Below are positions 37,461 through 50,377 of a stretch of DNA of 64,000 nucleotides, piece by piece. Below the pieces are notes generated by a model. It saw nothing but the letters and a program-made list of their open reading frames with translations. It was not told where the DNA came from and made no database searches. This DNA comes from Octopus vulgaris (lineage: Eukaryota). Numbering within the stretch: the stretch's first letter is position 1; the number at the start of each line of letters is the position of its first letter. The DNA lies in the NCBI GenBank assembly GCA_951406725.2, contig OX597817.1:169632001-169696000 (forward strand), given 5' to 3'. The position numbers and the translations under genes were made by a program.

Positions 37461-38875
37461 CTAAATACTCAAGACAGAGCTGAATGCAAGAAACAGGTTT
37501 GAAGTGATCAGTACTTTAGCCATACCAGTTGTGACTTACAGTTTCAATATCATTAACTGGTCAATTACTGAAATATGTAATCTTGACAGAAAAATATGAA
37601 AATTGTTGATAATGCATAGAATGCACCATCTTAAGGCAGATATAGAACGACTTTATCTTCTAAGAAAAGAGGGAGGCCATGGACTTTTACAACTGGAATT
37701 AACAATGAAGATTGCCACAATTGGCCTAGACACCTACCTGAAAAACTCTGATGACTGGATGTTAAAACTTGTCTCAAAACATGAAAACAAGAAAGCATCA
37801 TACTCAGTAACAAAACAAGCAAAGGAATATCTAAATGAATTCCAAATACAACAAATTTCAGAATTAGACATACAAGTACAGAAAAAGCTAAGCATATGAA
37901 AACCTGTGCTAAAACTGCTGCCTTAGACATTCTTACTGATAAATGGTAAGAAAAACCTCTCAATGGCAAATACCCAAAGAGAGCTAATAGTGTTGATGTT
38001 GACAAAGCCCTTACCTATCAATGGTTAGTGGCTTCTGGCTTAAAATCAGAAACAGAAGGGTTTATCATAGCAGCCCAAGATCAATGCCTTCCTACAAGAA
38101 ACTACCAGGCCAACATATTGAAGAATGGCAGCAGCCCAAAATGAAACCATTGATCATCATGTCTCCATGTGCAGTCTCCTTGTGCCTACAGAGTATCTCA
38201 AAAGGCATGTTAGAGCAGCACAATATATTCGCTGGGTAATTTGCAAAAATCTGAACCTGCTGCATGATAAAAACTGGTGGGAACACAAACCATCTCCAAG
38301 TGCTTGAAAATGACCGCATCTCACTCCTCTGGAACTTCACCATTCTAACTAACAGAAAGATAGATGCAAATAGGCCAGACATTACATTGAAAGACTTCAG
38401 ACAAAAATCATGCCTCCCCATTGATATGACTGTCCCAATCAATATAAATGTTTTTGTCAAGATCTACCAAAAACTCAGCAAGTATAAAGATCTTGAAATA
38501 GAAATTGGCAAAATGTGGAACCTCAAGACTAAAACAATACCTGTTGTCATAGGTGCCCTGGAAATGATAGCAAAAGGGGCTGATTGCTACCTAGCTCAGA
38601 TACCAGGAAACCCCAAAATGGCAGAAATTCAAAAGGTAGTGCTCATGGGAACTGCCCATATCCTACATAAAATACTGTTTATGTAATCTCAAATTTTAAA
38701 ACAAACTTATAATTTTCTTATGGTTTCTTAAACATTCTCTAGAACAACACTATGTACAAAACCAAATATATGACACCCTAGGCATAACACCAACATGAAC
38801 TTCTAACTTGTCTCTTGAGGTCTCTGGCTGAGACTTGGAGGCCACTTGTACAAATACAAAACAAAAGTCAAACAT
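37461..38875 (+). mobile_element. R4/Dong-like LINE, 5'-truncated (RT thumb, CCHC remnant, REL domain, 3' UTR)
   Basis: ILKTELNARNR..KADIERLYLLRKEGGHGL..SETEGFIIAAQDQ..ETIDHHVSMC..LLWNFTILTNRKIDANRPDI..IDMTVP..KYKDLEIEI..IPVVIGAL; (AAT)n on both sides. Confidence 0.85.
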
Positions 38876-39650
38876 ATAATAATAATGATAATAACAATAA
38901 TAATGATGATGACGATGATGATGATAACCTCAAAGTTTTGCACAAGGCCAGCACTTTTGGGTGAGGGGGTAAGTCGATTACATTGACCCCAGGGCTCGAC
39001 TGGTACTTATTTTTCAAGCCCAATAGGCTGAAACCTTGATGGAAATTTGAACTCTGACTGTAAAGTCAGACAAAATGCCACAAAGTATTTTTGGCATATT
39101 AAAAATTCTTCCACCTTAACAATAATAATAATTCTTTCAAATTTTGGATCAAGGCCAGTAATTTTAAAGGTGGGGTGGGGTAAGTTGATTACATCAGTGC
39201 AAGTACTTGACCAGTGCTTTATTTTATCAATCCTTAAAGGATGAAAGGCAAAGTTGACCTTAAAGGCATTTGAACTCAGAAATGCCACCGAATAATAATG
39301 ATACTGGCTTCAAATTATGGCACAAGGCCAGCATTTTTGAGGGGAGGGAGTTACGCAATGACACTGATCCCAATATTTGACTGGTACTTTATTCTAGCAA
39401 CCCCAGTACATGACTGGTACTTCATTTTATCAATCCTGGTGGGATGAAAGCAAAGTTGACCCTGGCAGAATATGAACACAGAATATAATGAGTTAAATAT
39501 ACTGGTATTTATTTTGTTGTTTATTCGGATCATAATGAGATCTTATGAAATCATAAGGCCAAAGGTTTGTGGTGGGGTATCAGTTAATTCATGTTGACCC
39601 TCTGCTTGACTGGTACAACTACTAATGATATTGGGTTTTTCTTTTATTCT

Positions 39651-40104
39651 TTTCTTTTATTTTTTCAGTCATTTGAATGTGGCCATTCTGGAGCACCACC
39701 TTTAGTTAAGCAAATCAATCACAGGACTTATTCTTTGTAAGCCTAGTACTTATTCTATCGGTGTATTTTGCCGAACCGCTACGTTACGGGGATGTAAACA
39801 CACCAGCATCGGGTGTCAAGCAATGTTGTTGGGACAAACATATACACACATATACATATAAGTTAGTATAGTTAGAGGTTGGAATAACAATCTAAGGGAT
39901 AAAAATATCTATTATACTACTAGTTTAATTCCCTATGTTAACCCAGGATGTAAGTCAATTGTTGTTGATCAATCCACTCACAAGGCTTTGGTCGGCCTGA
40001 GGCTACAGTAGAAGACACTTGCCCGAGATGCCATGCAGTGGGACTGAATCCAGAACCATGTGGTTGAGAAGCAAGCTTCTTACCACATGGCCACACCAGT
40101 GCCT
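39651..40104 (-). mobile_element. SINE family A (diverged)
   Basis: Reverse complement of the family A tail and head. Confidence 0.75.
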
Positions 40105-40342
40105 ATCCACAGAATAATGAAACAAATGTTAATGCTTTCTACTATAAGCACAAGGCCTGAGAAGGAGCTAGTCAATTACATTGGCCCCAATGCTCACCTG
40201 GAACTTATTTTGTCGACCATGGAAGGATGAAAGCCAAGTCAACCTTGCAGAATCTAAACTCAGAACAATGATACTAATGATAATCCTTTCTACTATATAG
40301 AACCCAGTGACCAAATGGTATTTATTTCATCGATTTATTTCA

Positions 40343-40575
40343 AGGGCGGTGGGCTGGCAGAAACGTTAGCATGCCAGGCGAAATTCTTAGCGGTATTTCA
40401 TCTGCCGTTACGTTCAGAGTTCAAATTCCGCCGAGGTCGACTTTGCCTTTCATCCTTTCGGGGTCGATTAAATAAGTACCAGTAACACACTAGGGTCGAT
40501 ATAATCGACTTAATCCGTTTGTCTGTCCTTGTTTGTCCTCTCTGTGTTTAGTCCCTTGTGGGTAGTAAAGAAATA
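40343..40575 (+). mobile_element. SINE family F
   Basis: gggcggtgggctggcagaaacgttagc..gagttcaaattccgccgaggtcgac..gtaaagaaat. Confidence 0.85.
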
Positions 40576-40750
40576 GGTATTTATTTCATTGACTTTGAAA
40601 GGATGAAAGGCAAAGCTGACCTTAGCAGATTTTGGACTCAGAAGGTAAAAATGGGTGAAAAGGTGTTAAGTATTTTGTCCAACATGCCAATGATTCTGCT
40701 AGCACCCTGTCTTAATGATACAAATAATAATGATACAAGTTCTATATTAC

Positions 40751-40987
40751 CTCACTCTCTTGACTTTTTGCCTTGAATTCAGAGCTGCACTGATCCTCAT
40801 AGTTTACTTCTGTTTGGTCAGCTTTCTCTGTAGGCAGCTGGGGATCCGGAGAAGTTTCATTTAACTGGAGATGTTCTGTGGTTTTCTCACTTGGTGGTGG
40901 AGTACTGAGGAAATTGTAGCTGCCATCTTTTTCTGTGTCCTCCACTTCAGTAGTAGGAATGTGTGAATTAACAGGGCTCAGAGACAT
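40751..40987 (-). CDS. Internal coding exon (237 nt, phase 0/0) of the minus-strand gene
   Basis: ttccatatttcag|ATG ... GAG|gtaat; MSLSPVNSHIPTTEVED...EFKAKSQESE, S/T/E/P-rich. Confidence 0.8.
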
Positions 40988-41400
40988 CTGAAATATGGAA
41001 ACAAATATATTCTTAGGATCAGCTTGTTCAAACTATAAAGAAATCAAATAGGTGCAAGTTGTAAGGACTACCAAACACTTGACCAAGAGTTGTAGCATTA
41101 CTAAATATCTGTTGTACTATTTTCCTGAAGAGGCGTACATAACTTTAATTGCTCCCATCTGGTTGACTGGCATAAAAACAATCACAATCCTTACTTCACA
41201 GTCAAATAATCATGGTATGAAGGACTTCCAGCAATAAACAACAATTTTGCCAACAAAAAAATGCATGTATGTATTGCAGTTCTGTACAATAAATAGTCTT
41301 ACAATAATAAATATCCTGTTCAACCACTCAATGAAAAGATGGACAACATGGGTTTCACCTGACAATCAGACATTCAATTAAGTAATCTATATTATTATCC

Positions 41401-41692
41401 GTGGAGGCGCAATGGCCCAGTGGTTAGGGCAGCGGACTCGCGGTCGTAGGACCACGGTTTCGATTCCCAGGCCAGGCGTTGTGAGTGTTTATTAAGCGAA
41501 AACACCTAAAAGCTCCACGAGGCTCTGGCAGGGGGTGTTGATCCCTGCTGCACTCTTTCACCACTCTTTCTTCTGTTGGCCTGCTCGCTTAGCCAGCGGG
41601 GTGGCGTCATTCAGAGGCTAAAACAATGCGAACGCATTGTGACCAACGATGTGTAACAACATCTGATGGTCTGGTCGGTCACGTGATCACAT
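41401..41692 (+). mobile_element. SINE with family C head and a different 3' half
   Basis: 12-bp TSD atattattatcc; diverges from family C after ctctttcaccac. Confidence 0.8.
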
Positions 41693-42094
41693 GATATTAT
41701 TATCCAGGAAACATAAACACCAAAAACGATTTTTATCTTTACCTTTTTGGATATTTTAATAGTCCCACCAAACAGACAAAAGAAAATGATGAAAGCAAAG
41801 TGATATGGTGCAAATAAAACTGTCGATGTGAAAGTTTGAAATAAAGGTAAAAAAACTTAAGACAGATAAGACAGAAGGGACAACAAACAAATAAAGAAAC
41901 CGTTAACTTAGAAATAAATGGCAAGCCTACCATCAGAAATAGAGGCTGTCCATGGTATATGACAAAGGCAAAAAGTTAGAAGAGAAATGCTGAACAACCC
42001 AGATGATATTGTTAAAGTGAATGATTTGAATTATTGAACAAAGCAGTTAGAATAGTTAGTAAAATGTAAATGAATGAAATCTCAAGGATCTCTA

Positions 42095-42500
42095 ACCATG
42101 GAGGGAATCTGTGGGAGAGGAAGACCCAGGAAGACATGGGATAAGGTAGTAAAGTATGACTTTTGGATGTTGAGTCTCACAGAGATAAGTGACTGAGACT
42201 TTTGGCAATTTGCTGTGCTTGAGAAGACATGTCTAGCTAAGTGAACTTGTAGTTGTGGTAAGTGCCAGTGATACTAAAAGGCACCTGTGTTGGTGGCATG
42301 TAAAAGGCAGCTATGCTGCTGACATAAAAGGTACCCAATACACCCTGCAGAATGGTTGGTGTTAGGAAGGGCATCCAGCCACCATAGAAACTATGCCAAA
42401 ACAGATTGGAGCCTGGTGCAGCTCTCCGGCTTACCAGTTCCAGTCAAACCATCTAACCCATGCCAGCATGGAAAACGGATGCTAAATGAAATGATGATGA
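42095..42500 (+). mobile_element. RTE LINE 3' fragment including the ORF end
   Basis: GICGRGRPRKTWDKVVKYD immediately upstream of the family B 3' UTR, identifying family B as an RTE terminus. Confidence 0.75.
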
Positions 42501-43652
42501 AAATAGAACCATTAGGAGCTAACTTCACCCATTGCAAGTAATTTTATGAAGTGGAGAAGAGCAGAAAAATATAGATTGCAATTAAAGATAAAGCTGGAAA
42601 AATTATTTCACACAATATCTAAACTCTGAGTCGCCCAACAACCATTAAGCATTTTGAGAAATCCTGGATTAGTCAGCTAATATGGAGCATAGGTCATTGA
42701 GAAATTTTCTCCACTGTTCTTAACACTGGGCCACGCCCTCAGGATGGGAATCATCCACTCAAGGAAGATATTCTTCTCCCAGGTCTTGCTGGTTTTGAAT
42801 TGTCATTGATGCTCCTGACACTTCGCTTTTTTTTATGAGTAGAGGTCAAGGTTGACCATCATTCTGTACATGTATGTGCAGGGCTATACTTTTTATTATG
42901 AAGATTGATAGTTGCCCACACATACAAGTCTCAAGATACAGCTTGGCATTAGTTTTGTTGCAAAATGTAAAGAATGTGAAGAGCTGACAGAATGTAAAGT
43001 GCTGGATCTTTACACAAAGAATCTTGCTCAACTCTCAACTAGCTCTATCCATCCACTGTTTTGGATTGGTATTTTTCTAGTGACCCTGAAGGTATGACAG
43101 GCAAAGCTGACCCTGATTGAATTTGAACTCAGAGTGCAGAGAGAGCCAGAACAAATAACACGAGGCACTCTGTCCCACACTCGAATGACTCTGCCAGTTT
43201 GCTTCCTTGATATTCCTAACGAAGACTGAAAACAATCTATGCTAGGAATATTACAAGACAGGCACTGAAATACTTCCATTAGTAAAGCTCTTCAGATGAC
43301 AAATACTCTTCAGACAGACAGACAGATAGCTAGATATTGAGGACACTAAAGAGAAAGTTCTTATAAGCCAGTTCAAAAAATGGTGTAATGAAAGCAGTGA
43401 TGATGACAATTATCATCTTTTCTCAAGATCATTAATAAGAGGAGGATTAAATGAACTTATTACAAGATCTAAGTGATTTAAGTGGTGGATTAACAACAGC
43501 AACTGTCTCTTGTCTCCTACAGTTGATGATAAATTTCTGAAGAAGGATATTGATCAGATTGATCAGTTGAATAGAGATTAAATAGTTAGCCAACCATTTA
43601 GACTATTAAATTGACGGTATGGCTTATAATGAAAAATATCATAACAACTTAC

Positions 43653-43841
43653 CATATTACTGTCTATTTCTAAAAATAATGGTTTCACTTTGTTGAAGAC
43701 CTCTTCACTAAATTTTGACTGAGACACTATTTGACATGTAAGACTGTTTGTATAAAACTGAGAAACAGTTGAGTTCTCAGGTGCATTTGACGGGCTGATA
43801 CAACTGTCCATGTGCTGCTTGTCTTTTGTGCTGGTGTCCAA
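43653..43841 (-). CDS. Internal coding exon (189 nt, phase 0/0) of the minus-strand gene
   Basis: tttcatttcag|TTG ... ATG|gtaagt; LDTSTKDKQHMDSCISP...FSEEVFNKVKPLFLEIDSNM. Confidence 0.8.
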
Positions 43842-44469
43842 CTGAAATGAAATTTTAGAAAAAGGCTCTGGTGAGACCAAATGTTGTTGTTGTAATCAAT
43901 GTCATCACTGCCCTCACCATTATTGCTGTCATCGTAGCCATCATTTCCTCAGCATTACTGTCATCATCATAATCATCATCACCACCATCGTCTTTGTCAT
44001 CGTTACCCCCCCCCCCCCCCGCCACCACCTCAGATTTTGGGGAGAAGGAAAAATTCCCTTGCAGGTACTCCAATACTTATATTCATAGTGTGATTGGTCA
44101 ATATGCCAGATGTGACATTAGACTTAGACACTAGTACCTATAAACTCTTTTTGAACTCTGAATGAGAGGCTGGCATATATTGATTACAAATTTGGGTACA
44201 GGGCTAGGGATTTCTTTAGAGAAAAGGAAGTTGATTACATCACCCTCAGTGTCCAACAGGTACTTATTTTATCAACCCCCAAAAGGATGAAAGGCAATGT
44301 CAACCTTGGCGGAATTTGAACTCAGAACATAAGATAAATGAAATACTGCTAAGCACTTTGCCTGGCTTGCCAATGATTCTGCCAGCTCACCACCTTAAGG
44401 GTGGCATATATTAATACAAGTTCTGTCATCCAGCCATAGTTTTCAGGAACTTGGTCAAAGGGGTTAGCA

Positions 44470-45300
44470 GAAGAACCTTCCACCTATCTTCGAGGAGATT
44501 TTTGATATGGTAGTCCTGCACTACAATAAAGCCCAGGCCTCCTGTGGTTTTATGGATTAGATTAAGTATATGCCTGATCCTAACTCTACCAAGAAAAAAT
44601 ATGCCACAATAAAGTCGTTGTTCACATCCTCATTTGACCTGAACATAAAAACTTATGTAGGTAAGATCTTCATTAGTTTAGTTGATAAGCACTACCCCCA
44701 AACACATAAATACTGGAAAATATGTAACAAACAAACCTTGAGGGTCACTTTTAGCTGCACTTGTAGCATCAAAAAAATATAACTAAGTAGGTCCCAGTTT
44801 GAAACAAAGGCAAGCTACTCAGACAGAAGTAATGCCACATGTCCATGTAACAACTATTACGATACAGAAACCATTGTGTATGAGGCAAAGGTGGTCTCAG
44901 AGGATCTAAATGGCGCAACAGACATCCAAAAATATCTATGTGCAACCGAAGGTCCCTCCAGGACCAAATTCAACAATCACAAGTCCTTGATTAACACTTA
45001 GGAGAAATGAAATGTCACATCCCTAGCATGGGTATTGAAGGAAAACATCAAATGGAGGAGAGTGGAAAAGTGTAAACTTTCCTTTAATAGTAGTAAGAAG
45101 TACAGGCTCTGCTTTGCTGAGAAAAAATTCATATTAAAACTTTCTCCAGCTGGGCACCTATTTTAATTATAAGAGTGAGATATTCTAATCCTACTCTCAT
45201 GAAGACAGATTTGTGCTAGCATACTGGTTAATCACACCATGAATATAAGCAGTGAGTAATCCATAAAGGTTTATTTTTCCTCACCAATATCTGAAGAAAT
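44470..45300 (+). mobile_element. Penelope-like element relic (RT-EN linker and GIY-YIG endonuclease)
   Basis: LFTSSFDLNIKTYVGKIFISLVDKHYPQTHKYWKICNKQTLRVTFSC, then CPCN..ETIVYEAKV..KYLCATEGPSRTKFNNHKS. Confidence 0.75.
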
Positions 45301-45327
45301 AATATATACCTTGCTACACCCAACTGT

Positions 45328-45360
<33 letters not shown>

Positions 45361-46837
45361 ACATATATACATATACATGACCACACATATCAAAATTAAC
45401 TTCCCTTACCGTCTCCCACCCCTATGCTCTACGTCTGTAACCTCTGTCACCTTCACCCCAGTTTATAGCTTTATGCATGCCATGTTGTGTGAATGGTATT
45501 GCAAAGTTTGCAATAACTGTTTCCAGTTTTCTTAATACTAAGAATTCTGGAATTCCTGCAGATATACATGGGAGATTTAACTCTTTCAGAGATACCTCGA
45601 TAAAAATGTAACAACCGAATGAGAGGGGTTTATGGTTATTGACCACACCAATATGAAAAGATCCGGCTAACATTTTATGGCTAATGGTCAATCAAGTGTA
45701 AAAGATAGAACAGTACATGTATTTCATGTTAACTGAGAGCAATAAATAACTGATATTTTACACTATATGACACAACAAATAAGAGAAGGCATGTAAGTGC
45801 AACAATACCAGGCTGCATTCAATGTAATAAATTAGTTGTAATATTGAGATAATCCAGTCAGTCCTGTTAGAGCAATATCATAGACGGAGTTTGGCATGGA
45901 GAAGATAAACGATATCGGCCTCACTTTGAGATGAATGAAGGAAAGAAAACTACAAAGGACAAGTGTTGAATGTTGACCATTTTGTAGATTTATCCGACAT
46001 ATGCTGTGCTAAGATTGAAAGCTGTAATGATGATGATGATGATGTCGATGATGGTGATGGTGGTGGTGGTGGTTTTGGTGGTGGCGATGGCAACAGCGAT
46101 GTCAAATTAGAATGCAAGTAATTTCAACGGAATGACATGTATGATATTATGACATTCTGTTGAATAAAACATTATTGTTTTAGTGGTTAATGAGGAAAAT
46201 ATTCATAGATTCATAGGAGATGAAGATGTGATTACTACAGCTAGAGACTTTTGTGTTCATCAGAAGAAAACAATCAGACTTCAATGACAGTAGACATGCT
46301 GCTTACGAAAAAAAACCCACCAAAACAAAACTGAATGAGAATCAAAGAGCCTTGAGTAATCTACAGTTTACAGATGCAAATAATATGATAATATGGAATA
46401 CAGTTTTTTAAAAAAAAGTAACAAACAAAAAACACAAAAACTATGAATCCATTGAGAAACATTAACTTATGTAAATGTAAAAATGAAAGTCAGTTCAATC
46501 CTGCATTGGGGTGAAAACTGCAGAGTAAAAAGATTTTAAATGTTTTAAGATGTAAATCTATAATTTAACAATGGTGGTAGGCAGAGGAGAACAATTGTTG
46601 CTATTGTTTTTTTTGCCCTAGATCAATTCTGATCAATTATGCTTATCATCAAAGGTGTTCCAGCCATTGCCATCCCATCTGGTTTTTTCTTTTTGTCTTT
46701 GTTCTCCAGACAAACTGTATCCAGGACAGTAGTACTTGATATGCCCTTTCCTATTTTTTTTTTTTTTCAAAGATAGGTAGGATATGATCTGAAGGATATT
46801 TAGCTGCTATTTCTAGCAGGTCTAGGGTCTATCTATT

Positions 46838-47736
46838 ACCTTTTACTTGTTTCAGTCATCTGGCCATGCCGGGACACCACATTGAAGTGTTTAGTCAAAC
46901 AAATCAACCCCAATACTTATTTTTTTCTAAGCCTGGTACTTATTCTATCAATCTCTTCTGGCTGAACCACTAAGTTGCAGGGATGTAAACAAATCAACAA
47001 CAGGTGTCAAGTGGTAGTGAAGGACAAATGAAAACACAAAGGCATGCACACACACACACACACACACAGGCTGTGACTTTGAAGACCCGACAAATGAAGT
47101 GAGTTCATGGCTCGCAGGATGGCCTGCTGTGCTAACCTTGGATCATAGAGTGACCCACTGTTCTTGAGGAGACCTGTTGAGTCAAGTTCATCAACATCAA
47201 AAAATTCGAATGGAAATTGTAGTTAAGACACCCGTGCCGGTGACACATAAAAGCACCGTTCGAGAGTGGCTCTTACTAGCGTTGCCTGACTGGCGTCCGT
47301 GTCGGTGACACGTAAAAGCACCAACCGATCGTGGCTGTTTGCCAGCCTGCTCTGGCTCCTGTGCCAGTGGCACGTAAAAAAACAGCCACTACACTCATGG
47401 AGTGGTTGGCGTTAGGAAGGGCATCCATCTGTAGAAACACTGCCAAATCAGACTGGAGCCTGGTGCAGCCTCCATGGCTTACCAGACCCCGGTCGAACCG
47501 TCCAACCCATGCTAGCATGGAAAACGGACGTTAAATGATGATGATGATGATGATTTATAAATAGTGTGTGTGTGTGTGATGGGTTTCTTTCAGTTTCTAT
47601 CTACCAAGTTTACTCACAAGACTTTGGTTATTCTGGGGCTATAGCAGAAGGCAATGTCCAAGGTGCCACACTTGGACTGAACCTAAAACCATGTGGTTGG
47701 AAAGCAAGCTTTTTACCACACAACCATGCCTGCACC
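46838..47736 (-). mobile_element. SINE family A interrupted by a plus-strand RTE 3' end (47070-47553)
   Basis: Family A tail at 46838 and head at 47736; family B with (gat)n nested in the CA tract. Confidence 0.7.
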
Positions 47737-48269
47737 TACATATGCAGCCAGGTTCTCTCATTTGCTTGTTATTAGTGGTGGTGGTGGCATCAGTAGCAGT
47801 GGTAGTAGTACTGGAGGTGGTATTAGTATTTTCAATGTTGTTGTTTAGTCTCAACCAGTAGAAAGATCATAAAAGCCTAGCTGTGATCATTTAATTGTTT
47901 GTTTTTCAGACATTAGTGTGTCTGACTAAATTATCTAGTTAATATATCCTGTTTTTAAGACAATACAATGTAATTTGAGGGAAATTTGGCTGTTATTTCT
48001 AGCAGATTCAGTAACCACATAGAAGATATCTTGTTGAGAATATTATACATAACATGTAGCAAATAAATGTCAGATGATCTTTCTTAATTAGACTCAGTGA
48101 TCTGGTGACAAAGAATATGGTAAGTATATGTGGAGTGCAATCATCATCATCATCATCATCACCATCACCATCACCCTCCTCCTCCTCCTCCTCATCATCA
48201 TCACCCTCCTCCTCCTCCTCCTCATCATCATCATCATCATCACCCTCCTCCTCCTCATCATCATCATCA

Positions 48270-49210
48270 TCAGTGTCATCGTCGTCGTCTAATGTCTACT
48301 TTCCATGCTGGCATGGGTTGGATGGTTTGACAGGAGCTGGTCAGGTGGAGAGCTGCCCAAGCTCCAATTGTCTATTTTGGCATGGTTTCTACAGTTGGAT
48401 GCCCTCCTTCCTAACGCCAACGACTATACAGAGTGTACTGGGTGCTTTATATGCGACACTAGCACAGGTCTTTTATATGCGACACTGGCACAGATCCTTC
48501 ATATGTGGCACTTGCATGGGTGCTTTTCATGTGACGCCGGCTCAGGTGCTTTTTACGTGACACTGAAACTGGTGCTTTTTACATGGCACTAGCACACCCA
48601 TGAACCTGTAAAACAAGGATCTCTTGGTTGGCAAAAAGACATGCCTGTACGTATGGACAGCCAAGCTCACCTCAAACTTATAGAAGACAGCAACTATCAT
48701 CATCATCATCATCATCATCGTCATCACCACCACCATCATCATCGTTAAACATCCGCTTTCCATGCTGATATGGGTTGGACGGTTTGACTGAGGTTTGGCA
48801 AGCCAGTGGGCTGCACCAAGCACCAATCTCATCTGGCAATGTTTCTACAGCTGGATGCTCTTCCTAACGCCAACCACTCTGAGAGTGCAGCGGGTGCTTT
48901 TTATGCGCCACTGGCACAGGAGCCAGTCAGGGGTGAACTGGCATTGACCATGTTTGGATGGTGCTTTTTACATGCCACCAGCAAGGGAGTCAGACAGGAG
49001 GTACTGGCATCAATCACCTTCGGATAGTGTTTTTATGTGCCACCAGCATGGGAGTCAGTTGGGGGCACTGGCATCAGCCACATTCGGATGGTGTTTTTTT
49101 ACATGCCACCAGCACAGGAGCCAGTCATGGGGCACTGGTATCGACCACGTTCGGATGTTGCTTTTTATGAGCCACTGGCATCGAAGCCAGTCTGGGGGCA
49201 CTGGCATCAT
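48270..49210 (-). mobile_element. Two diverged RTE 3' ends (family B) separated by (CAT)n
   Basis: ttccatgctggcatgggttggatgg at 48300 and ttccatgctgatatgggttggacgg at 48758; decayed internal repeats. Confidence 0.7.
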
Positions 49211-49224
49211 TAGAAAGTACAAAA

Positions 49225-49823
49225 GGCGGCGAGCTGGCAGAATCATTAGCACGTGGGGTGAAATGCTTAGCGGCATTTTATCTGCCATTATGTTCTGAGT
49301 TCAAATTCCGCTGCGGTCGACTTTGCCTTTCATCCTCCAAGAGTCAATGAATAAAGTACCAGTTATGTACTGGGGTCGATGTAATCGACTTAATCCCTTT
49401 GTCTGTCCTTGTTTGTCCCCACTATGTTTAGCCCCTTATGGGTAGTAAAGAAATAGGTATTTCGTCTGCCATTACGTTCTGAGTTCAAATTCCGCCGAGG
49501 TTGACTTTACCTTTCATCCTTTTGGGGTTGATAAATAAAGTACCAGTTACACACTGGGGTCGATGTAATCGACTTAATCCCTTTGTCTGTCCTTGCTTGT
49601 TCTCTCTGTGTTTAGCCCCTTTTGGGTAGTAAAGAAATAAGTATTTCGTTTGCCGTTACGTTCTGAGCTCAAATTCCGCCGAGGTTGACTTTACCTTTCA
49701 TCCTTTTGGGGTTGATAAATAAAGTACCAGTTACACACTGGGGTTGATGTAATCGACTTAATCCCTTTGTCTGTCCCTGTTTGTCCCCGCTATGTTTAGC
49801 CCCTTGTGGGCAATAAAGAAATA
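49225..49823 (+). mobile_element. SINE family F head-to-tail trimer within a single TSD
   Basis: One head and three bodies; 13-bp TSD agaaagtacaaaa (49212-24, 49824-36). Confidence 0.85.
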
Positions 49824-50345
49824 AGAAAGTACAAAATATGTTAAGGCTGTGCACCAGAGCTCCATATTGAGAATATTGTTGGAGAGCAAGACAGAGAGAG
49901 AAAGCTAAATATTTCATCTAAATCGATTTATCATAATTTAGGAATTGCTGGATACTTCGAATTAAAAGTTTCTTTTAATGTGATATAGATGGGAAAGATG
50001 CAATGTTATGGAATGAATAATAAGAAACTCTTGAAATATAAGTAAACAACAATTATTGGTGAAGTCGTACTGAAGTCCATATAGGACCATTTCTATTGGA
50101 AGTTTATGTCTTTTATAACTTTGTATTATCTCCGTTTTATCAATAAGGTTTGTTATCTTATTCACAAATATTATATTGATTTATCCACCTCATTAGCTGT
50201 TCATTTCTTTAAAATTTGATGGCCTACCGACCAACCAACCAAATATACATATAGCTGTATGTGTGTGTGTGTGCCCACGCACGGACGCACGCAAGCACAC
50301 ATACATACACACAGCTATATGTATATAAGAGAAACATAAGCTTCT

Positions 50346-50377
50346 TATTTCTTTATTGCTCACAAGGGGGCTAAAAC
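50346..50377 (-). mobile_element. Extremely 5'-truncated family F insertion (32 bp)
   Basis: tatttctttattgctcacaagggggctaaaac between 16-bp direct repeats agaaacataagcttct. Confidence 0.7.

Noticed and set aside
45422-46022. 89-aa minus ORF and a neighbouring exon-like segment
   Set aside because: No recognisable homology; the candidate splice-bounded segment at 45809-46021 has stops in all frames
46205-46290. RFIGDEDVITTARDF mariner-like C-terminal peptide
   Set aside because: Too short, with no TIR or other motifs to support a call
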